This document shows, piece after piece, positions 13,683 to 28,522 of a DNA stretch of 64,000 nucleotides (position 1 is the first letter of the stretch; the number at the start of each line of letters is the position of its first letter). The stretch comes from Chrysomallon squamiferum (lineage: Eukaryota; Animalia; Mollusca), in the NCBI GenBank assembly GCA_012295275.1, contig CM022677.1, positions 9,548,001-9,612,000 of the forward strand. The letters are read 5' to 3'. The position numbers and the translations under genes are program-made. The notes beneath the pieces are model-generated. The model was not told the origin of the DNA, ran no database searches, and saw only the letters and a program-made list of their open reading frames with translations.

Positions 13683-15659
13683 ATAAAGAGGAAACTACCC
13701 TATCTCTGTCTTTCTGCATCTCTCATTTGCCCATTCTCTCTTATTCTATTTACATAAGATTGTAAGTATAAAGATAAATACTTGTATTCTAAACAATTAC
13801 CTTGCAAAGTTGTTTTGTTGGGGGGGGTATTCATTTTTTAAGATAAATACTTTCATGAATAATAGTTAACAGTCATCGAAGTTTTATCACATCGATCTAA
13901 AATAAGCACTAACACCGTATAAATAAAGAATTCTGGTCTAGCTAAATGAATGGATGAATAAATAGTACAAACGATATGAATGGAAAAAAGTTCATTTTAA
14001 CGATGATCCCAAAACAATTTGTAAGTGACCCCACCCAGTCATTACAAGTGTCTGGAGCAAGTGGCCTCGTCTTACAGAGAGAATGTCAAGGATCAGCAGA
14101 CTGTTAATAAATTTCTAGAGAAGTTTAACTTTTCTCAGGTATGTGTAATAAATATACATTAGAGTCTATTAACATCATTATTTAAATTAGATATCCTAAC
14201 AAACAAATTAGTAAGGACAAATACTAAAAATTTATTAGAACTTTCCAATATATAATTGTATCAGGAAATATGTATAATTCCAGTAAATGTCAGAAAAATG
14301 TGTAAATATTGTTTCAACTGAAGAAACTGGCAATGTAGTGGCTGCAAGTAGGTTATCCTGTAGTCTGTAGTCGATGTAGATTTCAGGAGGTGTGGCTAGA
14401 TGGCCAGAGCAAGCACTTGTATTCATCTGTGCCGCAAACTGAAAACACTTAACTGAAAAGAAGAATAAGAAAAGTTCTAAGATGACACACGAATTTAATT
14501 TCTGTCTGACATTGTTCTGTGTATATGAACGCTATTATGCTGGATGTATAAACGCGCGTTTCGTTTCTTTCGTGTGTGATATCAATATCATCATGTATGC
14601 GGTTCTCTCAGAGGGAATAAAACAAAACAATGTGATGTCTAATTTCAAAATACAATTAAACGAAAGTAAAATAATCTCACAGTCCATTATGACAATCACA
14701 AACATTTCACGTCTTTGTTTTATTTCACAGCAGTTCACTTCATTCTCCTAAGGAAACTCGTCTGTTGCTAAGCGCGCTCGTGCCGTCTTCCTTATTTCAG
14801 ATCGTCTTTTCGAACTGATTGGTTGTAAACACTTAAACACAATTTCCGGTTATTTGTTATCTACTTGTAGTCTTGATTCCCCGTGAGCGTGTTTCGATTA
14901 ACAGTGATTCCTCGGATAAGTGACGTCTTGTATTCGAGGCTAACATCCGCTTTATATCTCTAAGTAACAAACTACTTCTTCTCTGTGTTTAAATATATTT
15001 TAATATTTATCTTATATAATCTATCTGTCCTATCTAACTATTTTCCTACCTTGTTACCTGCCTATTCTATCTACTCATGTGTCTCTTTATTCTATCTATA
15101 TAGCCATCAAATTGTCAGTTTTTAGAAATATGTTTATTTCAATATCAGTCAAATGCGTTTTAACACAGCAAGATCGCAGACATTGTTCGCGCAGCTTTCC
15201 TCGTTATCTGAAAATCCTGGAAATGGCAAACTTCGGTTCTGAGATTCTGCTAATTTTATTGACGTTTAACTACACAACACTTAACGCTGCTCTCAGGGAC
15301 GGAAGTACTTACTGACCATATGGTCTCAGACCCGCAGTAATATTGAGACACTTCTAAAGCACAAAATAAAAACGTAGTAATAAAAATAACGAGATACTGG
15401 ATATGAGAATCTGATGACAGTACAGATTATGGAGATGTAAATGTGTATTTTATTTTGTATTACAGCGTTTCTTTCCAGAATTATTATTATTATTATTTTT
15501 TTTTTTATAATTAAAACATAAAAAGAACAAATTAAAAACAAATTAAAATTAAAAAGAAAAATAATGAATAATAATTAAGTGTATTATTTTTTCTGACATA
15601 TAATAGTAACTGTTAATTATTGTTTTTAAATGTATCTAGCTCACTGCCTCCTCTTTCAG

Positions 15660-16240
15660 ACACACAGTCACAAACAACAAACAATAAACACGCACACATA
15701 CACACACAAACACAAACAATAGACACGCACACATACACACACAGACAAACAGTCACAAACAAACAACAAACAATAGACACGCACTCATACACACACAGAC
15801 ACAAACACAAACAAACAACAAACAGTAGACAGGCACACATACACACACAGACAAACAAACAACAAACAATAGACACGCACACATACACACAGACAAACAA
15901 ACAACAAACAATAGACACGCACACATACACACACAGACACAAACACAAACAAACAACAAACAGTAGACAGGCACACATACACACATACACACATACACAC
16001 AAACAAACAATAGACACGCACACATGCACACACAGACACACAGACACAAACAAACAACAAACAATAGACACGCACATATACACAAACACAAACAATAGAC
16101 ACGCACACATACACACAGACACAAACAATAGACACGCACACATACATACACAGACACAAACAATAGACACGCACACATACACACACAGACACAAACAAAA
16201 GACACGCATACATACACACACAGACACACAGACACAAGCA
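15660..16240. repeat. Complex CA-rich compound repeat (ACAAACAATAGACACGCACACATACACAC units)
   Basis: Recurring AATAGACACGCAC anchor separated by CA/CAAA runs. Confidence 0.85.
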
Positions 16241-16873
16241 AACATTTTTGAAAATGCCAACAACAGTATCTTTCCTTAAATTTGTTCTGCGCCTTTTCCT
16301 TTGCATTAAAGTTACATCTAAGGAAAACAACTAAGAATAGATTTAAAAGCCAGTGCTGGGAATTAAAATCAAATACTATTTTAGTTTGCTTTATAAAAGA
16401 TATTTCATAACATGAATATCAGTTTTTTTTCAAATTGATCCATAACGTCTATATCTCTCCTAATTCTAATCGTAAGTTATTGACGAAAAGTCACCTGATC
16501 AAGCCAGGAATCGCGCAAAGTGTCAAAATTTATAAAATTTTCATTTTTCTTGCCTGTCAGGCTATTATTATCGCCATTAGAGTGATCATCCGTGACCTAC
16601 TGACCTACTGACCTGCATTCACTTTGTCGTTTTAATCCTACGTCATCAACTGCAGGTAAATCAGTTCTAAATAAAACTAGTTAGCGAAATCATACATTCT
16701 CGAAATTACTTTTTAGCTGATAAAAAACAGTATTATCAACGAAATGGCAGGCAAATCGTTCATTCATGTAAAACGTAAAAGACTTGGATTTTCAATAAGC
16801 ATAATTGAAATATGTCTGCTATTTCTGAAATAAAAATAATTTACTGAAAGATTAAAAGAAAATATAAAGCGAT

Positions 16874-16964
<91 letters not shown>

Positions 16965-17649
16965 ACTTTTTCTTTTCGGGATAGCAAAGTGATATTGTTT
17001 GAGTATACAAGCTGACTGTGTTTAAGAGGCTGCTGACGAGTATTACAGATTAAACTGTTTGTTGACTGCGTGGGAGTGTTTTAAGATGTCCCAAACAAGA
17101 AAAACTGGAAGAAAAAAATCGATTGCAGAGTGATCGTCTATTTTGATTCAGATGTCAGCTGTTTACAGATGAAAGGTCAAAATGGACATGAAGTGTACGA
17201 CATACGTGACGGGACACTGATGAGAAGTAAACAGATTATTAACACATTCATGTGATACAGATTACTTTGATCCTGTTGGACTGTTTTTGAGCGAGTCACA
17301 ACACTTGGATTGTCGTTCCTATTTGTGCCGTCACGCGAGGATTCCCGCGTCATTCACTAGAAAAGTTCTGTAAGCGGACAACGGAAGCGATTCTGAATAT
17401 TTAGAAAGATGTTTCTATATTTAACTGAGTGGTCGTCTGCACGCATGTCCGGAAGTCAGCTGATGTCAGTGTACTTAACACGAGTGATACATCTCGATTA
17501 AAATATTAATATACGAATTTATTTTTTAAGGGTGGAATAACAATTTCTAAAAGAAATAATAATTTTTGGTATTAGCGCAATAAATATATACAACAGAAAA
17601 GTAATAATTATATGTAGATTTAAACAACTACGCATTGCTGAAAACAAGT

Positions 17650-18910
17650 CTAGATATTTCTATCAGATGACTAGATATTTCTATCAGATGACTAGATATT
17701 GCTATCAGATGACTAGATTTTGCTCTTCGATGACTAGATATTGCTATCAGATGACTAGATATTGCTATCAGATGACTAGATATCGCTCTCAGACGACTAG
17801 ATATTGCTATCAGACGACTAGATTTTGCTATCAGACGACTAGATATTGCTATCAGACGACTAGATATTGCTATCAGATGACTAGATATTGCTATCAGAAG
17901 ACCAGATATTGCTATCAGATGGCCGGATATTGCTCTCAGATGACTAGATATTGCTATCAGATGACTAGATATTGCTCTCAGATGACTAGATATTGCTATC
18001 AGATGACTAGATATTGCTATCAGATGACTAGATATTGCTATCAGATGGCCGGATATTGCTCTCAGATGACTAGATATTGCTATCAGATGACTATATATTG
18101 CTATCAGATGACTAGATATTGCTATCAGATGACTAGATATTGCTATCAGATGGCCGGATATTGCTCTCAGATGACTAGATATTGCTATCAGATGACTAGA
18201 TATTGCTATCAGATGACTAGATATTGCTCTCAGATGACTATATATTGCTATCAGATGACTATATATTGCTATCAGATGACTAGATATTGCTATCAGATGA
18301 CTAGATATTGCTATCAGAAGACCAGATATTGCTATCAGATGGCCGGATATTGCTATCAGATGACTAGATATTGCTATCAGATGACTAGATATTGCTATCA
18401 GATGACTAGATATTGCTATCAGATGACTAGATATTGCTATCAGAAGACCAGATATTGCTATCAGATGGCCGGATATTGCTATCAGATGACTAGATATTGC
18501 TATCAGATGACCAGATATTGCTGCAGGTGGCTAGATTTTGCTCTCAGATGACTAGATATTGCTATCAGATGACTAGATATTGCTCTCAGACGACTAGATA
18601 CTGCTGCAGGTGGCTTGATTTTGCTCTCAGATGACTAGATATTGCTATCAGATGACTAGATATTGCTATCAGATGACTAGATATTGCTATCAGATGACCA
18701 GATATTGCTGCAGGTGGCTAGATTTTGCTATCAGATGACTAGATATTGCCCTCAGATGACTAGATATTGCTTTCAGATGACTAGATATTGCTATCAGATG
18801 ACCAGATATTGCTATCAGATGACCAGATATTGCTATCAGATGACTAGATTTTGCTCTCAGATGACTAGATATTGCTATCAGATGACTAGATATTGCTGCA
18901 GGTGCCTAGA
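17650..18910. repeat. 21-bp minisatellite (CAGATGACTAGATATTGCTAT), about 60 units, in CRHBP intron 1
   Basis: Direct tandem copies with recurring variant units (CAGAAGACC, CAGATGGCCGG, GCTGCAGGTGG). Confidence 0.97.
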
Positions 18911-19316
18911 AACTGCTAACTGTGGTTTTAACGGGACTGAGTGAGTCTGTTTTTCTCAACAGTACAACAATATCGACGTGTACAGTGAACTGACAGTGTA
19001 ATGACAGGCTTGCAGGCAATTTTCTTCGTTGAGCGTGCACAATTACTAAGATAAACACAGGGTAATTGCATTTGATATGATGTTAAATATGTCTTGTCCA
19101 TCACTGGGTGTCGTTGTTGATCGGTATATTCGTGTCTGTCAGATGTCAAAATGTCGAGCTCAACAGAAATTCAGTTTTCTCATAAACTGCTTCGTTCTCG
19201 CGAAAGAAAGAAAGAAAGATATTATATTAAATAAATAGTTTACATTATCAGCAGTTTTCACCGAACTTACTAGTTCTAGGTAGAATTATTCTTTTATATT
19301 CTAATATATTCACTCA

Positions 19317-19406
<90 letters not shown>

Positions 19407-19964
19407 AAATATTAATCTTACGAAAATCAAAGCGGCAAAAGACCAGGCTATAGGCATCTTAATGTAATTCCATGGAGACAGGAAATTTTAAAAATTATTT
19501 TAAAAGCACTTTCGATGCGATTGCTTTCACCTTGTTTCATTCACGGATGCCATGACTACCACTTAGTTCTTGTAACAAATTACATGGTTGGCTGTCACTG
19601 ATTGCGAGATGTACACCAGAACGAGGCTTATTGTGTCAAAATGAAAAGAGAGATAATGTGCTATTCTTTACTTTTTATATTTTTTTTTTTTTTTTTTAAT
19701 TTCTCTTTAGCGTTCTCAATTTTTAAAATTTTCTTCTCTTTAAAATACTTTAAAATATTATTTATTTATTTTAATATTTAGAAATTAATTTTTTTTTTTC
19801 TAGTTTTATTTATTTATCTATTCTTTTTTACATTTATTTATTATTTATTTATTTATTAATTATTTATTTATTTATATATATATATATCAATTTCTTAGGA
19901 GAGACTTTTATTTCTAAAGACGTTTTTCTTTTCTAAACTGTTAGTCCTGTCGTTCAGCTTTTTG

Positions 19965-20393
19965 TATATCCTATCTGTTTGTCTGGCTGTCTATCTATCT
20001 GTCTGTCTGTCTGTATATCTGTCTGTCTGTCTATCTCTATCTATCTATCTAATCTATATATCTATCATCTATCTATCTATCTGTCTGTCTGTCTGTCTGT
20101 CAGTCTGTCTATATATCTAACTATCTGCTTATCTATATATATATAACCTGTTTTTCTAATATATCTAATCTATCTGTCAGTTTATCTATATTTATTCCTC
20201 CGATAATTATTCTATCTGTCTGTCTATCTGTCTATTTGTCTTTCTGTCTGTCTGTCTGTCTATCTGTTTGTCTGGCTGTCTATCTGTCTGTCTGTCTGTC
20301 TATCTGTCTGTCTGTATATCTGTATGTCTGTATATCTCTATCTATCTATCTAATCTATCTATCTGTCTGTATATCTGTATGTCTGTATATCTA

Positions 20394-20463
<70 letters not shown>

Positions 20464-20472
20464 ATCTATCTA

Positions 20473-20505
<33 letters not shown>

Positions 20506-20725
20506 ATATCTAACTATCTGTTTATCTATCTATATATATAACCTGTTTTTCTAATCTATCTGTCAGTTTATCTATATTTATTCCTCCGATAATTATTCTA
20601 TCTGTCTATTTGTCTTTCTGTCTGTCTGTCTATCTGTTTGTCTGGCTGTCTATCTATCTGTCTGTCTGCCTGTCTATCTGTTTGTCTGGCTGTCTATCTG
20701 TCTGTCTGTCTATCTAATCTATCTA

Positions 20726-20761
<36 letters not shown>

Positions 20762-20862
20762 GTCTGTCTGCCCATCTGTCTATTTGTCTTTCTGTCTGTC
20801 TGTCTATCTGTTTGTCTGGCTGTCTATCTATCTGTCTGTCTGTATATCTGTCTGTCTGTCTG

Positions 20863-20894
<32 letters not shown>

Positions 20895-21320
20895 AGTTTG
20901 TCTGTCTGTGTGTCTGTCTATATATCTAACTATCTGTTTATCTATCTATATATATATATAACCTGTTTTTCTAATATATCTAATCTATCTCTCAGTTTAT
21001 CTATATTTATTCCTCCGATAATTATTCTGTCTGTCTATCTGTCTATTTGTCTTTCTGTCTGTCTGTCTGTCTATCTGTTTGTCTGGCTGTCTATCTATCT
21101 GTCTGTCTGTCTAAATGTCTGTATATCTGTCTGTCTATCTCTATCTATCTATCTAATCTATATATATATATATCATCTATCTATCTATCTATCTATCTAA
21201 TCTGTCTGTCTGTCTGTCTGTCTATATATCTAACTATCTGTTTATCTCTATATATATAACCTGTTTTTCTAATATTTCTAATCTATCTGTCAGTTTATCT
21301 CTATTTATTCCTCCGATAAT
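19965..21320. repeat. (TCTA/TCTG)n compound repeat organised as four higher-order units of about 300-420 bp
   Basis: The complex anchor ATAACCTGTTTTTCTAAT...CAGTTTATCTATATTTATTCCTCCGATAATT recurs at 20143, 20538, 20958 and 21256. Confidence 0.9.
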
Positions 21321-22616
21321 TTTCCTTTCTCTCTTTCTCAATTTGATTATGCGTGGTTGCGAAACTGATTGTAATAAATATCTTCTCAAACACAGTTTCA
21401 CCACCCAGGGAATTAGAATGAAACGAGCGTCTATTGCTTGCTTTTCCCAAATCTCCAGAGAGATCACCCAGCTCAGTGAGATTGCAAAGTGACTTTGTAA
21501 TCAACAGTTTACACTAATTTCATTTGCCGCACTTCGCTCAATGCAAAATTATCAACACGCTATTTTACTCTAATGAAGCATTGATCATAAAGGTAACAAA
21601 GTCAAACAAAGTAGGGATTGAGACCGTCATCAAATCAAAACTAATATCTGTGTTGTATTTCTTATCATCATCATCATCATCATTATTATTATTATTACTT
21701 CTATTATTTTGTTGTGGTTGTTGTTATTGGTGTTGGTGGTAATGGGGGCGATATTGTGCTGTTAGTAGTAATAGTATCCTAGTTGTTGCTGCTGTTGTTG
21801 TTGTTATTAGCTGTTATTATTAGTATTATTGCTATTATTGCTATTGCAATTGTTATTGTTGTTGTTGTCTTTGTTTTTATTATCTCATACTGAGGACCTT
21901 TTATCCGAAAATATTTTAGAATTTACTAGTTGATAAAAACTTCAGCAGACACCAGCTCGCTGTATGATCACACGTTTCTACAGAGAACGTCCTCTGAATT
22001 TCAGTATTTTTTATGTTGTTCTTGTGGCTGCTGCTGTTGTTACTGTTGTTGTTTGTTCACCACAGCACACCTAAACCATATTGCTCCTCTGCGTACGTGG
22101 ATACGTGTCGGTGCAGTATCGTGTTTGCGGTTCTTTGCGTGATTCAAATTAAGACTCAGTGTTAACAATTAAAGAGGCAGGAGTGACGGTTAATTCAGTG
22201 TTTGATTTCCTCAAGACAAGACGTTTTATTTTACACCTTTTCACGTTAAAAATGTCAACGTTTTATATTATATGCACATGTATAAAAATAGAAACACTCA
22301 CACAAACAAACACGCAGACACACACACACATACACAAAACCGACTGTTATAGCCAAGTTAAAATTAATAAACTATCAAGGAAGAGCACAGAATTGTGGAA
22401 AGGTTAATTAATGCTTTAACTCCCACGCCAATTCGTAATTTATTTATCCTTCAAAATGCTCTGTTACTCTGTGATTTAGAAGATCTAGATACAATTTCCA
22501 TGAATAGGTAATTAATTAAATATATTTATTATTATAGAAACGATTAGTTCGTCAATTTCTAATTTTTTTTTTTTTTTTTTTTGCTGATTATAATTTAGTT
22601 TAAAATAAGAGAAAGC

Positions 22617-22771
<155 letters not shown>

Positions 22772-23341
22772 TCTGCAATAAACTTTGCTGACGTCAGACA
22801 ATAACCCTTAATCTGGTATCTTACTCAAAACTGAATTCTTATTGTTAGACACAAGAACACAGATGCAGTTATGAATTTACATAAGGCTTGGAGGCATTTG
22901 TACGTATTAATACGCAGATTTAAAGTATGTAGACATCCTGATACTTCAATTTACAACAACAGGAGACGCCTCCAGCACGTTAGAAATTATATTTGTAACA
23001 AAGAAATTTTAATATTTTTGCAGTACCTATTGCAATGAAAAGCATGTATTGTGATTTTTCTTTCCTTTTTCTCCTTTCTTTTACTTTGAATCCGTTTAGA
23101 ACACTGCAGAAAGCAATCACCTAATAAAATCAGACGTCGTTTTTACTTTATAATGTCGTATTTCTCTTATATTCCTCTTTTCTTTCTTGATTTTAATTTT
23201 AACTTTATTATTATTTTTTGTTGTTGTTGTTGTTGTTATTATAACTATTATCATTATTATTATTATTATTATTTATTTTATTATTGTTTTAATTGTACTT
23301 TTTAATCATCGTTATTACTATTTGTATTAGAAGTACTACAT

Positions 23342-24378
23342 TAGTATCAGTAACTGTAGTAGTAGTATTGCAATAGTAGCAGTAACTGTAGTAGTAGTAT
23401 TGCAATGGTATCAGTAACTGTAGTAGTAGTATTGCAATAGTATCAGTAACTGTAGTAGTAGTATTGCAATAGTATCAGTAACTGTAGTAGTAATATTGCA
23501 GTAGTATCAGTAACTGTAGTAGTAGTATTGCAGTAGTATCAGTAACTGTAGTAGTAATATTGCAGTAGTAGCAGTAACTGCAGTAGTAGTATTGCAGTAG
23601 TAGCAGTAATCAGTAATTGCAGTAGTATCAGTAACTATAGTAGTTGCAGTAGTAGCAGTAACTGTAGTAGTAGTATTGCAGTAGTATCAGTAACTGTAGT
23701 AGTAGTATTGCAGTAGTAGCAGTAACTGTAGTAGTAGTAGTAGTAGCAGTAACTGTAGTAGTATTGCAGTAGTAGCAGTAACTGTAGTAGTAGTATTGCA
23801 GTAGTAGCAGTAGTAGTAGTATTGCAGTAGTAGCAGTAACTGTAGTAGTAGTATTGCAATAGTAACAGTAACTGTAGTAGTAGTATTGCAGTAGTATCAG
23901 TAACTGTAGTAGTAGTATTGCAGTAGTAGCAGTAACTGTAGTAGTAGTATTGCAGTAGTAGCAGTAACTGTAGTAGTAGTATTAGTATCAGTAACTGTAG
24001 TAGTATTGCAGTAGTAGCAGTAACTGTAGTAGTAGTATTGCAGTAGTAGCAGTAACTGTAGTAGTAGTATTGCAGTAGTAGCAGTAACTGTAGTTGTAGT
24101 ATTGCAGTAGTAGCAGTAACTGTAGTAGTAGTATTGCAATAGTAACAGTAACTGTAGTAGTAGTATTGCAGTAGTATCAGTAACTGTAGTAGTAGTATTG
24201 CAGTAGTAGCAGTAACTGTAGTAGTAGTATTGCAGTAGTAGCAGTAACTGTAGTAGTAGTATTGCAGTAGTATCAGTAACTGTAGTAGTAGTATTGCAGT
24301 AGTAGCAGTAACTGTAGTAGTAGTATTGCAGTAGTAGCAGTAACTGTAGTAGTAGTATTGCAGTAGTAGCAGTAACTG
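23342..24378. repeat. 32-bp minisatellite (AGTAACTGTAGTAGTAGTATTGCAGTAGTAGC) built from GTA triplets
   Basis: About 32 tandem copies. Confidence 0.95.
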
Positions 24379-24712
24379 GAGTGTAGAAATAGAGATAACG
24401 TTAACAGTTTTAAACATTTCGGTTACTGCTCTCGTGTGTTATTTTACGTTCTGACCAGTGCTCCTGAGTGGAATACTACAGCAATTAATTTCCTATCTCT
24501 TGTGCAGTTTTCCTTTATTATTTTAATGTATACGTAATACATTGAATCTTAAGACACTGAACAGTACAGTACTAATGATATTAGATTAGCTAACATAGTT
24601 AATTAGATACCAGCTTCTATCAGAGAAATGTTCAGGAAAACAAATATTATAAAAAAAATACTCGTTGATTACTAGGTTCCACTGATACTTTCATACGTTT
24701 TTCATTTTTCAG

Positions 24713-24764
24713 CGTTCAGAAATTCTTAAAAGACAGTCACAACACAGTCCCGATGGTAGAATAG
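24713..24764 (+). CDS. CRHBP: CRH-binding protein, coding exon 2 (RSEILKRQSQHSPDGRI)
   Basis: TTTTTCATTTTTCAG acceptor and AG|GTAAGT donor. The 52-nt exon bridges phase 0 to the phase 1 start of exon 3 with no stop. Confidence 0.72.
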
Positions 24765-25744
24765 GTAAGTGAAAAACATTTTATATATTTTATTTTTTTT
24801 AAGTATGTAATAAATGTCATTATCAACTGTGAGAAAAATTGTTTTATAATTAGTAAGAAATGGCTGTACGAGAAAACAATAATAAAAACAACATAGATTT
24901 TAATTTTCGCCTCAGATATTTGTCTTTTTTAATCACTGATTTTCTCTATATTTATATATATATTTACAATGGTAGATCTATATAGCTGTCTGTCTGTTTC
25001 TCTATCTACCTACCTATCTATAGGTGTGTCTGTGTTTTATAAGATCTGTAAACAGAATAAGAGTAATTAAAACAATCTGATACATCTATAATTAAAGGAA
25101 GAAGCAGTTCAGTGAGGGAAATTGTTATATATAAAGGAATTGGCAGCAATGTGATATGAGTTGAGTAAATTGAGAAATCAGATAGCGTTGTTGTGAGTGA
25201 CAAACGTATTTCATCTTAATACATCACACGTGATATAATCTCACTGAATCTAATTAACTCTTCTTATTCACGTCTCTCTGTTCTCCACCACCATATAGAT
25301 GTGGATTATTATTCTTCAGTCGTAAATACATTCTGCATGAACTACATACCAGCCTTTTCCAAAAATAAAATTACAAATGTAAATATCAATAATAACAATC
25401 GATTGTCTGTAGAAATCAATCGTAACAATATTGATACGGTTTAAACAAACAGCAGAAATAGATATTTTTATTTTCAAGTGATAGTTTTAAAGATCAGTTG
25501 TTTGCTGATTATTAATACAAGTAATTGAAGCGTCTTTTACATCCATTTACTTGTAGTGTAACGTAACAGAGGTTTTTTACACGAGTAATCAGCATCAAGG
25601 CGGCTGATAATCGGATCAAGGCTGCAGATAATCGGATTATTTATTTGAACAGATTACTGTATACATATAATTGTATTCTCTCTATTTTTCTAAAACATTG
25701 ACACAATTAACTTGGTAATACAGACGAGCTCTCTTAATAATCAA

Positions 25745-25830
<86 letters not shown>

Positions 25831-26180
25831 TAATATAATATAATATAATATAATGTAATATAATATAATATAATATAATATAATATAATATAATATAATA
25901 TAATATAATATAATATAATATAATATAATATAACATACATAACATAACATAATAATAATAATAATAATATAAGGATAATGTTATACGATGATGATGATGA
26001 CGATGAAGATAACAATAATAATAACAGTAATAATAATAGAAATGTGAACAATGATAGTGTGTTTTACCGAGTCTATGCTGACACAGAACTATACTCAGCA
26101 TGCTTTAGCTGCCGACAAGATAACTATCCAAAGAAGAAATCTTATTTTACGAACAAACACTTTGCGAGACAATGCATATT

Positions 26181-26223
<43 letters not shown>

Positions 26224-26335
26224 TATGTTTATTATTATATGTATGTTTATAAATACTTGCGAACTTCTGAATTCAGCTTATTTTTAAAACATGCTCAGAG
26301 TGCAAGCCCCGGGCAGACACGTTTTTCTTATACTT

Positions 26336-27810
26336 GACGGCAGACAGGTAAAACAGAGTTAGACGGCAGACAGGTAAAACAGAGTTTGACGGCAGACAGG
26401 TAAAACAGAGTTAGACGGCAGACAGGTAAAACAGAGTTAGACGGCAGACAGGTAAAACAGAGTTAGACGGCAGACATGTAAAACAGAGTTTGACGGCAGA
26501 CAGGTAAAACAGAGTTAGACGGCAGACAGGTAAAACAGAGTTAGACGGCAGACATGTAAAACAGAGTTTGACGGCAGACAGGTAAAACAGAGTTAGACGG
26601 CAGACAGGTAAAACAGAGTTAGACGGCAGACAGGTAAAACAGAGTTTGACGGCAGACAGGTAAAACAGAGTTAGACGGCAGACAGGTAAAACAGAGTTAG
26701 ACGGCAGACAGGTAAAACAGAGTTAGACGGCAGACAGGTAAAACAGAGTTTGACGGCAGACAGGTAAAACAGAGTTAGACGTCAGACAGGTAAAACTGAG
26801 TTAGACGGCAGACAGGTAAAACATTGTTTGACGGAGACAGGTAAAACAGAGTTAGACGGCAGACAGGTAAAACAGAGTTAGACGGCTGACAGGTAAAACA
26901 GAGTTAGACGGCAGACAAGTAAAACAGAGTTAGACGGCTGACAGGTAAAACAGAGTTAGACGGCAGACAGGTAAAACAGAGTTAGACGTCAGACAGGTAA
27001 AACAGAGTTAGATGGCAGACAGGTAAAACATTGTTTGACGGAGACAGGTAAAACAGAGTTAGACGGCAGACAGGTAAAACAGAGTTAGACGGCAGACAGG
27101 TAAAACAGAGTTAGACGGCAGACAGGTAAAACAGAGTTAGACGGCTGACAGGTAAAACAGAGTTAGACGGCAGACAGGTAAAACAGAGTTAGACGTCAGA
27201 CAGGTAAAACAGAGTTAGATGGCAGACAGGTAAAACATTGTTTGACGGAGGACAGGTAAAACAGAGTTAGACGGCAGACAGGTAAAACAGAGTTTGACGG
27301 CAGACAGGTAAAACAGAGTTAGACGGCAGACAGGTAAAACAGAGTTAGACGGCTGACAGGTAAAACAGAGTTAGACGGCAGACAGGTAAAAAACAGAGTT
27401 AGACGGCTGACAGGTAAAAAACAGAGTTAGACGGCAGACAGGTAAAACAGAGTTAGACGGCTGACAGGTAAAACAGAGTTAGACGGCAGACAGGTAAAAC
27501 AGAGTTAGACGGCAGACAGGTAAAACAGAGTTTGACGGCAGACAGGTAAAACAGAGTTAGACGGCTGACAGGTAAAACAGAGTTAGACGGCTGACGTAAA
27601 ACATTGTTTGACGGCAGACAGGTAAAACAGAGTTAGACGGCTGACAGGTAAAACAGAGTTAGACGGCAGACAGGTAAAACAGAGTTTGACGGCAGACAGG
27701 TAAAACAGAGTTAGACGGCTGACAGGTAAAACAGAGTTAGACGGCTGACAGGTAAAACAGAGTTAGACGGCTGACGTAAAACATTGTTTGACGGCAGACA
27801 GGTGAAACAG
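26336..27810. repeat. 26-bp minisatellite (GACGGCAGACAGGTAAAACAGAGTTA), about 56 units, in CRHBP intron 2
   Basis: Highly homogeneous tandem copies with no spacers. Confidence 0.98.
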
Positions 27811-28522
27811 TGAGTATTATGAAGATCATCTATGAACTGGTAATTTTAAACCTCCGCTGTGAATTAGTGGATTAATGCAGCTGGAAAGGTGAAGTAGCCA
27901 GCTGAATTATGAAGAACACAGGCGTTTTTACGTGGACGTGCAGACCACAGTTCTGATGTGTGCATATATGTACTAATGCTTAGTCTATTAATTTATTATA
28001 TTTTATTATTTTCTATGTTTGTTTGTTGTTGTTTTTTTTTTTTTTCTTGGAGTCTTCTCTATTCATTCAGTCAGTCGTGAATTTAGTTATTTATTTCCTC
28101 ATCTTTTTATTTATTCGTTTATTCATTTATTTAGTTATTTAATATTATGTGTTTATGTATGTATGTATGTGTGTGTGTATGTGTGTATGTATTTATGTAT
28201 GTATATACGTATTTTTATGTGTGTATGTGTATATGTATGTATGTGTGTGAATGTGTGTATCTATGTGTGTGTATGTGTGTGTGTAACTATGTGTGTTTAT
28301 GTGTGTATATTTGTATGTATGTATGTGTGTATGTATGTATGCATGTGTGTATGTATAACATAATGTATGTATGTATGTATGTATCTATGTGTGTTTATGT
28401 GTGTATGTATGTATGTGTTTTTATGTGTATATGTGTGTATGTATGTATATGTGTGTGTGTGTGTATGTATGTGTGTGTGTATGTATGTGTGTGTTTATGT
28501 ACTGATATGTTTAACTCTGCAG

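Noticed and set aside
17667-18551. 294-aa ORF of (MTRYCYQ)n, resembling a Tyr/Cys-rich structural protein
   Set aside because: It is the one stop-free frame of a 21-bp tandem repeat inside CRHBP intron 1. There is no signal peptide or splice context, and 20-bp units break the frame.
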